Below are positions 11,322 through 22,781 of a stretch of DNA of 64,000 nucleotides, one piece after another. Source of the stretch: Entomortierella parvispora E1425 (taxonomy: Eukaryota; Fungi; Mortierellomycota); contig BQFW01000008.1 in assembly GCA_020891255.1 (NCBI GenBank), positions 1,240,001-1,304,000 of the forward strand, in the 5' to 3' direction. Under the pieces are notes generated by a model. It made no database searches, was not told the origin of the DNA, and saw only the letters and a program-made list of their open reading frames with translations. A program made the translations under genes and the position numbers. Position 1 is the first letter of the stretch. Every line of letters starts with the position of its first letter.

Positions 11322-14103
11322 AGCCCGTTATTTCAGCAAGTTGGATCTCCAGCAGGGATATCATCAACTTCAAGTTGCAGAAGAGGACAGACCCAAGACA
11401 GCGTTCTCTACCCGATATGGACACTACGAGTACTGTGTCATGGCTTTTGGTCTTACCAACGCGCCCGCGTCGTTTCAAGCCTTCATGAATACGATTTTCA
11501 GTAAAGAGTTGGATCAGTTCGTTGTTGTCTACCTCGATGACATCCTGATCTACTCCAAGACTTTCGAAGAACACTTGAAGCACATCCGAACAGTGCTATC
11601 AACGCTGCGAAAACATCACCTACATGCCAAGCAAAGCAAATGTGCGTTTGGATTATCCAGCATCACCTTCGTCGGACATGTGATATCCTACGATGGAATT
11701 CAAGTGGATCCAGCCAAGGTCGCAGTTGTCAAGAACTGGCCCACCCCAACCAACGTACAAGAGCTTCGTTCATTCATTGGATTTGTGAACTACCATCGCC
11801 GTCATATTTTCCACCATGCCGAAGTCACTGCTTGTCTTACAGACTTGTTGACCACTGGTCCAGGCCCAAACAAAGGAAAGTTGCGACCCGTGCCTACTTG
11901 GGGCCCAGTTCAACAAGCCGCTTTCGATGGAATCAAAGAACTTCTAGCGACTACCCCTGTATTGTGCCTTGGACACCCCGATGAGCCGTACTATATGGAA
12001 ACCGATGCATCCGACATTGCCACAGGAGGAGTCCTTTATCAGATGCACGAAGGCAAAAGACACCCAGTTGCCTATGAGTCACGAAAACTTAAGCCAGCCG
12101 AGAAGAACTACCCGGTCCATGAGAAGGAACTCCTCGCCATTGTTCACGCATGCAGAGCATGGCGCACGTTTATTCTTGGCGCCCCCGAAAACGTGGTCTA
12201 CACTGACCATGCAAGTCTACGATTTTTGTTGACCCAGCCACACCTGAGCCCGAGAATGACCCGTTGGGTTGAATTTTTGGCCCCCTACAACCTGTCGATC
12301 CAGTATAAGGCAGGAGCCACCAACATCGCTGCAGATGCGCTTTCCAGATTGCAAATCAACAATGTGACAGCAGGACGTCACATCGACACTTGGGATTGGC
12401 CGTTGCTTGTCCCTGCATTTCTGGATGATGGTTCTTTTCCGCCCCATACCGATGGAGACACCAAGAAGAGAGTCCGCAAGGAGGCTCATAACTTCACGAC
12501 TGATGACGACGAATTGCGCTACATGGTTGAAGGAAGAGCAGTTCCCTTCGTTCCGTTTGCAGAGCGCGCAGATCGTCTCATTGAGTTGCACACCGACATT
12601 GGACATCTTGGAGAGTCTGGAACGTTTGATTTGGCCAAGACTCGCATGTGGTGGCCCAGTCTTCGAACAGATATCAAAGCAGTAGTACGTGAATGCAAGC
12701 CGTGTCAATTGGTCAAGCCCGGTGGTGACCGCTCTGTTGCACCGTTGCATCCATTGGCGCCAGCACGTCCGTTTGAGCGCTGGGGAATTGATTTTATTGG
12801 TCGCATGCCAGCCACCAAGAAGGGAAACCGTTGGATCATTACTGCAATCGACCATGCCACGAACTGGCCGATCGCAAGAGCCTTGCCAGAAGCAACCGCC
12901 GACGCCGTTGCTACTTTTCTCTATGAAGAGATCGTCTTACAGTTTGGCTGCCCTAGCGAGATCGTTAGCGACCGAGGAGCCAACTTCATGTCTGACGTTC
13001 TTCAACGCTATTTGGAGAAGCTGCACATCAAACACAAGGCTACGTCTGCTTACCATCCAAGGTCGAATGGAAAGTGTGAGCGTCTCAATGGTGTTATCGG
13101 ACACATGTTGAGCAAGTATGTGGGTACACACATCCACAGCTGGGATCAGTACCTGCACCAGAGTCTGTTCGCTTGTCGCGTACACATCTCTCAGCGAACC
13201 AAGGTCAGCCCATTTCAACTTGTTTATGGACTTGAACCCCGTTTGCCGCAAGATCCAGTACGCCCATTCTTGTTTGATTTTCAAGATCAAGACGATTTCG
13301 CAGAACATCGTCGCAAGACTTTTCGAGAAATCGACGCCCTCCGAGAAAAGCACCTGCAGGCCCAGCAGACCGCCGCAGATGATATGGCCGCACACCATGA
13401 AGAGACACACACGGTCACCGATCATAAGTTCGCAGTTGGTGATTTTGTCCTGGTCAAGAACTTCGGCCGTACGAAGCTTCAACCCCATTTTTATGGCCCG
13501 TTGGAAGTGATCCGTATTACGCCCTTGTCGACTTATCAGCTCCGCTGGGGAGATGGTGAGTTGAAGACGGACTTAGTACACCAAGACCGTCTTAAGCGTG
13601 CTTATCCGCCAGATGAAGCATCTGCACGCCGTGCTTGGGTCACTAAGACAAAGCACACCATGGAGCAAGCCAACGACAACTCTGACGATGGTCTTCCAAT
13701 TGAAAGCCGCACTGAGGAGGAACAGCGCGTGGAGGAGGCCCTCGCTCTTAGAACCGCCAATGAAGATTACCTTGCCCGTCGCGATCAACTTGGCACTTAC
13801 GAACCGCCTATGATGGGTTCCGCCGCTGAAGCTGCCCGCGTGTACAGACAGGCACTTGCTGCTTCTGCCCCGAAGCCTCGTCGCCGTGGCCAACGTACTC
13901 GCGAACCCAGAGTCAATCAGTTGCAGGCAGGCCGAGGACGGCCTGAAGCCTGTGGGGGGAGTGTCGTGAATCAGACTGCTTTTATCCCCGCCAGCTCCGC
14001 GTCTGATCACATGACTTACGATCACCTGACCGCCGACACGCCTGATGAATGGACCCTTGTTGCGCGCCCTCATTGCACTTGTGCCGCGCGTCATCGTCGT
14101 TGA
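11322..14103 (+). CDS. pol: Outer element Pol, 3' part (RT, RNase H, integrase); ORF reads into the 3' LTR
   Basis: RYFSKLDL; VVYLDDILIYS; METDASD; PFERWGIDFIG; IVSDRGANF; GPL motif; stop at 14101-14103 inside the LTR. Confidence 0.93.
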
Positions 14104-14569
14104 CTATCACCAGGTCGACTACCCTCAATCGTGTATACTCACGAACGGAGCATTTCATGTTTCTCCGACATTAACCTACCAACCGTTGCCAATCAAAAGC
14201 TTGTCTCCACGCCGGTCGACCAAGCTCTTTGAAACCTCGGACGTTAGGGCCCCTATTCCAGAATAGTCATAAGCCCTTCACTATTTATTTCCATAGTGTC
14301 AGCAGTATAGTCTCACTTCACTACCTTCAGTATATAAGTAGCTCTGTATCGAGACTTAGAACGGCATCCTTTCTTTGCCCTTCCATCTCGATTACAGGTA
14401 ACCCTCTTGAGAACCCTATCAGTAGTAACACACAGAATATCTTATTAAACATATCCTTTCTTTGCCCTTCCATCTCGATTACAGTCAAGGTAGCTGACTG
14501 TGGTGCCCAGTGTAGAAGAACACGCTCGACACACCCTAAGGATCAGTCGTGATACCGAGAGTCACGACA
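13962..14569 (+). repeat. 3' LTR of outer element
   Basis: Copy of 3393-4000, preceded by the PPT and followed by the TSD ATCT. Confidence 0.97.
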
Positions 14570-14678
14570 ATCTATCGGGATTTTCGGACGTCTATATTCA
14601 GATAACTACTAAATAGATCACGTGCATATAAAGACACGTGTTTGGTTTCTCGATCACGTGACTATTGCAAGTTGATTT

Positions 14679-14750
14679 GGCCGGATGGTTTAGTGGTATA
14701 ATTCTCGCTTAGGGTGCGAGAGGTCCCGGGTTCAATTCCCGGTTCGGCCC
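14679..14750 (+). tRNA. tRNA-Pro(AGG)
   Basis: 72-nt cloverleaf GGCCGGATGGTTTAGTGGTATAATTCTCGCTT-AGG-GTGCGAGAGGTCCCGGGTTCAATTCCCGGTTCGGCCC followed by a T-run. Confidence 0.97.
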
Positions 14751-15099
14751 TTTCTTTTGTTCGTCTTCACGGTAATCATTTTGTTTGTCTGCGCTTTACT
14801 CCCGCTTTCATTCCATCGTGCCTCCTTTTAAGAAAGGTCGACCACCAGTTTCCCACCAAACAGCTCTATGTAAGTATTTTTGTTCTCGACCGATCTACAG
14901 GAAGTCTCCATTTATATATTGGTGGCGTTAAGGACCGATATTGCTGTTCTTGTCCCCATTCTCGCCTTAGTCTCCTTGCCTCTTTCTCTCTAGTCGCGTC
15001 TTTGACTTGACAGTGTGTGTACTTACAATTAACAGACGACAAACCCTAGATCCCACACTCGCGAGGGACCTTTGGCAAGGAAAAAAAAAAAAAAAAAAA

Positions 15100-16330
15100 A
15101 AGAAAAACTTACCGAATGTAATCCAGACGGGGAATTGGTGGAGGGGGGATCAGAGTAGTAAGATAGACTACGATCGGTGGAGACAATAGAACTGGCTCTG
15201 GTTGCTGTTGGCCCCATCTGGATTCACGGACATGTAGGATTTAAACCATTCTCTGGTCAGCCATAATCTTTTGAGTGAGCTTTTGGGGCGTTGAACCTAA
15301 TAGCCTTCAGCGATTCGTATCTATGAAGAGTCATCTTGGAAGGAAATCATGGCCAGTATTGCAATGACATGTGTCTAGCTTGAGGTTCTGCATCTGGTTA
15401 CATCTGGCGGTCCTCAAAAGACATATGGCTTCATTTCCAAAGCTCAGAAAGCCCAATAGTTGATCAATGCTTGTTAGCGATGTTCCTAATGCAATCCAGG
15501 CAGAGCCTGGAGAAGATCTACAGTCGACAGGTGGGTCGGAGAGTTGAATTATGAAATCAATACAGCCAAGCGCATGGGTAAGAAGGGCCTGGCGGGTGAA
15601 CCTGAAGCATATAAGGTGTTTTGGGCCGAGAATTGTCCCCTCCACAGCCTTGGGTTTGTCGAGGACTACAGTCTTTAAGAGCTACCATGGAGCGAATGCA
15701 GGATGATGACAAACGAAGCGAACAGACAAGTGTTTGGGCGATTCACTCAACTGCGAGAGCTGGAAGTAATCAACGTCCGCCCTGGATGGGCTAATCGACT
15801 GGGGGCTTCGATGCTTGAAAGCTTTCGAGTTTGTGTAGGCTACATAAAAAGTACGGCGAGCAAGGGTATCAGTGTATCAACCAAGACTGATATCGGAAAT
15901 GATAGCAACAACGAGGACGAGGATGATGCTGAAGACCATTTCTTTCATGGTGAGATGCAAAGTGCAAAGCAGCTTTTGAAATTGCCCTTGGAGTCCATGC
16001 TGGAGACCTGGTACAGATGAGAATCTGTCGATTGTCCAAAGAAAGCTGATTTTTGAATGATGTGATAGACCTTTCATACTCTTCGACAGCCTCTGATCTT
16101 CAGTTGGCTATGCCCTTTCGATGCCGATTTTTATTGGTGCCAATGTTCCTAAACCCCGAGCTCTGGGTCTGCTTTTCCGCTCAGGTTGGTTCAGCTGTAC
16201 CATCTCAAGGGCTTTACTAACACATGTAGTCTTTAAAGAAGGAGATCTCGAAGGGTTCTCAAGGTGCTGCAGGAGAGGAACAAACCTTCTCTCATGTAGT
16301 AATGTGTCTCTCGATTCCCTCATTGGTTAA
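15100..16330 (+). pseudogene. Possible degenerate LRR/F-box-associated gene remnant
   Basis: Fragmented ORFs with stops. RQVFGRFTQLRELEVINV...LKLPLESMLET resembles the C-terminal LRR motifs of expanded early-diverging-fungal F-box families (recognised from memory). Confidence 0.3.
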
Positions 16331-17938
16331 CTCCACACAACATTGCACATGCTCACCTGTAGTGCAGCCCTCAAATCTCCATCCACCTTCCAACTCGAAA
16401 TAGCCGTATATCTTAAAAGGAGAGAGGGGTTTTTTTTCTCTGCGCGGATGAAGATCAAAGTGAGTTGTTATCTTGACACAAAAAGGGCACACTGCTGTTT
16501 TCACATGAGACATGGTGGAATGCATCCACACCATCTGATTCTCCATCCTCGCGTGATCACGCGTCGTCAAGTGGAGAGAGAGCCTTGTACATAAGAGCGC
16601 TCCCCCCACACTTGCGGGCCAAATCACCGTCCAGTCCAGCGAAAGTGCGTCAAAAAGCTGTGGCCAGGTTTACGGGCCGAGAGTGACCCCGGACGCGCTC
16701 GCTGGACGAATGTCAATTTCATTGGTCCGTGTGCACACGCGCCTGTTTTGCACATATGCACCCCTCCGCTGTTCTTTCTCTCTCTCTCTCTCCCTCACTC
16801 TCTTCCCTCCCACTCCCCACCATTTCTACCTAACATTGACATTCACATTCCATCTCGGTCATCCTCCATCCCTACCATGACCCAAGGTTGTCCGAGTGAC
16901 CCTCACTCGCATGCACTCGCACAAGAGCACAGCTCGCGTGCTTTTAAGGTAATTTGAAATCCAACCAAACAAACAACGGTACGCCCTGCCCTTGCACAGC
17001 CTGGATCATCTTTTTGACGCCCCCTGCATGTCACCTTCTTCCTCAAGTGCTACCAAAGTATTACTGCCACGCTCAGCACACCCTGCTGCTAGCAACAGGC
17101 GCGAACACACCACGCCTTGGTGTCTGTCTCTTCAGGGCTCTATCTGCCAAGCTGGCCTTGTGAGGCGCAGTCCCTGAAAAGCGCCTCTTTGCCTCGAAGG
17201 TCACCAAGGGGCCTACCTATCTGTCAATAAGTTTTCTCTCTGTGCAGAGAACCGTGTCCTTTGTTGTCTGCCGCCTTTCCTGGAGGTCCCCCCCACGTAG
17301 TCGCTGAGACTGAGCGAAGCACTCCCCAGCTCCCACAAACTCAGCTTGGCTCTCAAGAGAGTTTCCTGCTTTTCAAGACCATCGTCTGCCAAGAGACTCT
17401 CTAAAGTAAGTACACCTCTCTGACGCACCCCCACCGCCCTCCAGCCATCGAGACACCCCTCCCCAGAGTCCCCACAATCCACTCACTCCCGCCCCACCTC
17501 AGCTTTTCTGCCGCGCATTTGGTCGCGTCAACGCAAAAAAAAAGCAGTCTGGCTCAATTTTTGATTTTTCACCAAATTCAAAAAAAAAGGCGCGCCTCCA
17601 TCCATCCATCTGTCCAAGGTCCTTGAGGAACAAAATACGCGCCTTCCATCCAACCAACGCCCTGATCAGGAATCGCAAAAGTAAGTCCTCTCACTCTTAC
17701 ATGATGTACTTTCCTCATATGTAAGAGATGACTTGCTAACAACGCGGTATCATTTTCGACCGCCTTCTTTCAAGGCCAACTTCCATTCAATGAAACGTGC
17801 CAGATGTCTCCGCCTAGCTGTCGTCCGCCTGTGTACATGAAAAGGTAATGGCGATAAGTTTGATTTTTGATGGTGTTTGTTCGTGTTTTGACGAAGGAGG
17901 ATTATGAAGAGGGGGAGGGAGAGGGAGGACGGAAAGAG

Positions 17939-18298
17939 CTCTGTGGCTGTCATTGTTAGGGAAGACGATGTGGGGCCTCTACCTGACTAGAGTAATAACA
18001 GAGCAAGAGGGAAAGAAGAACTCTGTGGCTGTCATTGTTACGGAAGATGGTGGGGGCCTCTACCTGACTAGAGTAATAACAGAGTAAGAGGTAGAGGTGG
18101 ATGTAATGGTGAATGGGAGATGAAGTAATGGTTACCGGGAAAGAACTTTGTGGCTGTCATTGTTACGGAAGACAATGTGGGGCCTCTACCTGACTAGAGT
18201 AATAACAGAGCAAGAGGGAAAGAAGAACTCTGTGGCTGTCATTGTTACGGAAGATGATGGGGGCTTCTACCTGACTAGAGTAATAACAGAGTAAGAGG
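17939..18298. repeat. Four copies of a ~70-82-bp unit in a 207-bp higher-order duplication
   Basis: Unit CT(C/T)TGTGGCTGTCATTGTTA.GGAAGA...GGGGC(C/T)TCTACCTGACTAGAGTAATAACAGAG.AAGAGG starts at 17939, 18021, 18146 and 18228 (spacings 82, 125, 82). Confidence 0.9.
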
Positions 18299-18299
18299 G

Positions 18300-18950
18300 A
18301 GACGTGCAGGTCAGGGAATGGGAGGATGAAGGTGGTCAAGAAGAACGCAATAATCAATGGATCACAGGAATCAGGACAACAACCGAGCGCCAACAGCACG
18401 TCAAGTTCAAGGAGCTGCAACCAGTGTATCTCGCCGTAAAGCTATCAGAGCCGCAAGGAAAGGTCCTCAATATCGTTTACGACAACATGGCCACGATGGC
18501 CCGTCTCACAAGTTCAGAGGAACTCGCTCCCCACAGTTGATGACACTGCCAGACAGGAGACGGCAACATGGCCAAGGGACAGGAACCCGTTTAAAAACCA
18601 CTATACGTCCCATCAGCGTTCAACCCGGCGAACAGCCCATCGCGACGGTTGGCACAGCAACTGGAATGGAGATCAGATCGCTCCTTTCCTGGACTCAGTC
18701 ACCACCATATCAATCTATTCGAATCGACGAAGAACAACCACCTTCCAACGTTCTTCTCGTAGAAACTACACCCGAAAGCAGCAGCGACAGACACTATGAA
18801 CCAGCCGTGGAAAGGATGGGGTCAGCCCACCTTTACATCTGCCCCCCACCGCAAGAAATTTCATCAGTCACATCCTAGCACCTCAGACAGGAGAAACTGG
18901 AGGCCACTGCAAGATATGTTTCTTCCTGGTCGTCCTCCCAAAGAAGAACC
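18300..18950 (+). mobile_element. Degenerate DIRS-like (tyrosine-recombinase) retrotransposon remnant: RNase H plus Dam-like methyltransferase segment
   Basis: Across frameshifts: HVKFKELQPVYLAVKL..GKVLNIVYDNMAT / HKFRGTRSPQLMTL / YVPSAFNPANSPSRRLAQQLEW / INLFESTKNNHLPTFFS*KLHPKAAATDT..QPW / LYICPP. This follows the DIRS RNase H and MT motif order. Confidence 0.7.
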
Positions 18951-19149
18951 CGACCCGTACAAACAGGAAAAAACAGTGAGTTGCCATCGATCTTGCTCAT
19001 GTTCATGAGAGGCGCAAGCCCATAGCTCGCGCTGAAATTTCTTCCCACCGTGTGCTCAAGATCGTCCTGTTTTTGATCATTCTAGTCGTTTCGTTTCTCA
19101 TGCGATTTATTCATGTAATTGTGATAAATATGTGTCGCAGTCGGAAGAG

Positions 19150-19660
19150 ACACCTCTCTTTCTTCATGAGTCCAAAGGCCAAAGCAATAACAACACCAAC
19201 ACCGAGTCCAACAGCTCCAGAGACAATCACAGGGTTGAGGCCTGCAAGAGTTACCTAGGCATCGGCTCCACCTGCTGCCGCCGTTCTCACCACTTTCTTA
19301 GAGTTTGCAGTGGTCACCGAGAGGCGAATCAAAGGCCATTGGTTCCTGCAGGCCATTTGGACAGCCTCGACAACATCCGTGCCTGGCAAGAGCAAAACCT
19401 GGTCGTCTTCCTCGTCAAAATAGCTCAAGAACGCAGCCGAACCCGCTTCGAGTCCAGCGCCTATCTTTTCAACAGTCTTGTCGTGCAACTCAGTAAATGA
19501 CCGTGTGCTCGAACCAAATCGATGGACCTCTCCACTGGGCTCCTTGAACTTGAGCGTGAACTCCGAGCCTGAACCGTCCAGATTTGACAAGGAAGGTAAA
19601 ACCGAAGGTCATGCTTCCAGGGCTGCTACCATAGTGGAGGTCCGAAGCTGGAGGCGCGAA
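19150..19660 (-). pseudogene. PB1-domain/C-terminal TM gene fragment (CBS-PB1-like), premature stop
   Basis: LKFKEPSGEVHRF...LSYFDEEDDQVLL..DVVEAV is a PB1 motif. An in-frame TAG precedes the hydrophobic helix VIVSGAVGLGVGVVIALAFGL. No upstream CBS exons are visible. Confidence 0.6.
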
Positions 19661-19819
19661 TCCTGAAAGGGCATCCGAAGCCGAGATTTAAGAGCCACTC
19701 TCACGAGCAAAAGATGACTCCCAAAAATTGTTCCGAACTGGGCCATGACCCCTCTGTTCAAGGCGCTGAACGTTCTATGTTAGAGAACTCGGAAAAAACG
19801 AATAAAAATTTTATTGCTA

Positions 19820-20806
19820 TTAATGATCGTCTTCAGCTTCCCCTGGACAGAATTTATCAAGATCCTCCTTGCCATCATACCGTGCGGAGCACCAGAAGCA
19901 GTAAAAGAATTCCTTGCGCAAATAAGCCACGACTCGTTCTAACTTTTCATGGACCTGTTTTCAAACAAACGCGTTAGTACGGAAATGGACACATGCTGTT
20001 ATTGACATCCATATCATCACCAACGGCAACTAGATCCCCTACCTCCAGTTCGGCAAAGTCGGGCCGTTCTCCCCATTTTGCTGGTTCGGTTACATCATCT
20101 CCTTCCAGCCCTATAGTTATCTCTGAATCGCTTGCTATCTTGACCCGTTTTTTAATCCGCTTGTCTTCTGGATCACCATCTTCGTCATCGCTGTGGTCAA
20201 AGGGTCGCGAGCTCTCGGCGTTCGGAGAGTCTTCAAGCAACTCTGGAACTTGTCCTGGACCCATTGCTCTTGTTCCAAGAATGTCGTCCGAAACAAAATC
20301 GGCAATCCACCAAAACTCGTTGGATCGGCTTCGTTGAGATTCTGCAGGCTCATCTGTGGGGGCCAGTGTGCTCTGTTCCTTCAAGTCTGCTTCTATTGCC
20401 TTAATGGCTAATGCTCTATCGGAATCCATTCGCATGCAGATACCTTGGGCTGCCAGCAATTGACGTTTCCGTTTCTCCTGATCAAATTGCGATCCCTTCT
20501 TTCCACGGTATCCCTCATCGAAAACCCTGTTCACTTCTGATTCCTGTTTCTGGAGTTCTTCTTCAAGTTGTCTCTTTTTGGAAGATTCCATGCCCAGTCC
20601 TCCACGACCTTGCTTGATCTGGATTTCTAGTGGAGCTCGGAGTGCCGTCGTTGATAACTCTGATGGTGGTGGTGATGACGACGATGTAGCAGAGAAGGAC
20701 GTTGCTGGAGAGAAAGTTCCGGATCCTTGAGATGCTCCTAGCGTACCCCCCTTCCTAAGATAAGGATGACATAGCGACGATTAGAAACGTGCTTCGTTGC
20801 TTCGTA

Positions 20807-20839
<33 letters not shown>

Positions 20840-21140
20840 GAGTTCCAGTTGATACCTACTTGAATCCCATCTTCAGCAGCATGGCCATGCCTTTATTCTC
20901 TTCACCCAGTTCCCTTTTGAGCCCTTGTTCTCGTGCCTCTTTCTCGCGAACATGCAACGGCTTGGGTAGGTTCGCCAAGTGCTTCTTCTCTTTTTCCCTG
21001 CGACGCTCAGAATAAGTTAGACTGACACCACTCTTTTTCGTGTTCTTTTCCGCTTGACTGACCAAATTGTTCAAGAATGCCTCGGACATGTAGTCCTCCT
21101 CCTCCTCCTCTTCTGGTTGAGCGCCATGAGGATTTGCCAT
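19820..21140 (-). CDS. G-patch domain protein (GPATCH11-like, DUF4187), 3 exons
   Basis: DYMSEAFL; NKGMAMLLKMGF..GRGGLG; terminal exon YLRKEFFYCFWCSARYD..DLDKFCPGEAEDDH* after an intron containing TACTAAC. Confidence 0.85.
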
Positions 21141-21320
21141 TTAGTCCCTGTCCTGATTTGCTGTCGTGGTGCGAGGATGGAGAGGCAACGACTGCGATGC
21201 ACAAAAAAAAAAGATCTGGCTGGGCTTAGCAATCACGTGAGGACCCTCTTTCTTTCTTTCTCTTTCTGCGCGATTGTTTTTTTGGGTTCATCCTCCTTAT
21301 CTCATTCCCAACAACTGAAA

Positions 21321-22695
21321 ATGGCATCGCCCGCATCATTACCACCAGCCAGGAGACAAGTCGCAAAAGAAAAAGTCCTCGGTCCACAGGCATCAATTTC
21401 TGCTAGAGGTGGACAAGCAGGACAGACTTACAACATCTATTACGACAAGTGGAGCGGTGGAGAGCGCACGGATCGGACAGGGGTCAAAGATAAGGCTGGC
21501 TACCGGTGCGATCCTGCCCGGGACTCGGGACGAACCAAAGGGACATATAATCCGAGTGCTTATTTCTGTGCCTTTTTCGCTAAAGGTTGTTGTCCCAATG
21601 GGTAAGCAAGGATAACCAAGGGAAGAAAATAGATTGCCGATCTCTGGATCGTTTATTCATGTTGTATTTTGATCTTGATTTGCATCTATAGTGAAGACTG
21701 TCGATGGCTGCACAGGATCCCTACTCGCCAGGACCATGTTGATTCTGGCATGGATGTCTTTGGGCGAGAAAGGTTTAATGACCATCGAGATGATAGAGGA
21801 GGCGTTGGATCCATGCGATCGGACAGTAGGACACTGTACGTAGGAAGGATTCATCAGGACCCCAATATCGAAGCCGCGGTGGAAAAACATTTCAAGATCT
21901 GGGGTGAAGTTGAGAGGATCAAGGTCCTGAGGGATAAAGGTGTCGCGTTTGTGACCTATCACAGTAGGCTGAATGCTGAATTTGCAAAAGAGGCGATGGC
22001 AAATCAGTCAATGGATCATGGCGAAGTGAGTAGAATGCGATTTCTTTTTTTTTTTTGTATTTTTTGTATAGTTGTTCATTCCCTCAACTAATGTTTTTGT
22101 CACGGGTTATTAGATAATAAATATCCGCTGGGCGACAGAGGACCCCAACCCAGGAGTGCAGGCAGCAAACAAGCGTAAAGCTGTGGAGTTGACGCGACAA
22201 ACCATTGAGGCAAGGCTCCCAGACTCTTATAAACAGGCAGAACATTTGCCTGGATCAGAGGAAATATCGGATTGGTCTGGATACGGACAGGAAAACAATG
22301 GAAAACGCTCCAAACTGACAGAGTCAGCAGCTACTACAGAGCAGATCCCCGTAGCAGAGCCTTATTTAGGACAGGATGGTCAATACTACTACGATTACGG
22401 AACCTACGGGTATAATTTTGAGACGCAGCAATATGACCCTGCTCGTCTCTTCCAGCAACCACAAACCGAACAGTATAATCAGTCCACAGAAGCCGTCCCA
22501 ACCCCTGCTGTGGCACCATCAATACAGGATAGAGTCAATGCTGCTTTGACTGCCGCCGCAGCTGCATCGTCATCAAAAGATTCAACTGGATCTTCTGCCG
22601 AAAAGAACACATCTAGTGTGGGCGATAAACCCCCTGTATCTGCTCTTAGCGCATTGGCAGCATACGGATCAGAGTCCGAGAGCGATGACGAGTAA
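21321..22695 (+). CDS. CWC2: Pre-mRNA splicing factor Cwc2
   Basis: PARRQV; TYNIYYDKWSGGER; RCDPARDSGRT; FCAFFAKGCCPNG; RRM TLYVGRI; NIRWATEDPNP. Confidence 0.92.
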
Positions 22696-22781
22696 TAAAG
22701 TCCCACTTTATTCCAGATATTTACGATGCTGGGTAGTAGTCCTGCCAAGTGAAATGTACAAAGCTCTTGCTATTTGATTGT

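Larger units (their letters stand above)
3393..14569 (+). mobile_element. Outer Ty3/gypsy LTR retrotransposon (no chromodomain), about 6.1 kb native length, interrupted by a nested element
   Basis: 608-bp LTRs (3393-4000, 13962-14569) with TGTCGTGA...TCACGACA termini; 4-bp TSD ATCT (3389-3392, 14570-14573); PBS TGGTAGCAAAGG at 4005-4016; PPT GGGGGGAG at 13954-13961; gag-PR-RT-RH-IN order. Confidence 0.97.

Noticed and set aside
17640-17780. TPP riboswitch in an intron-like segment (CCTGATCAGG, GTAAGT...GCTAAC, 9-bp hairpin)
   Set aside because: The CTGAGA and GCGxAGGGA elements are missing, and no thiamine gene is nearby.
17939-18298. CRISPR-like array (constant repeat with variable segments)
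   Set aside because: Eukaryotic context; units of ~70-82 bp with no unique spacers of constant length; no cas genes. The pattern is explained by nested tandem duplication.
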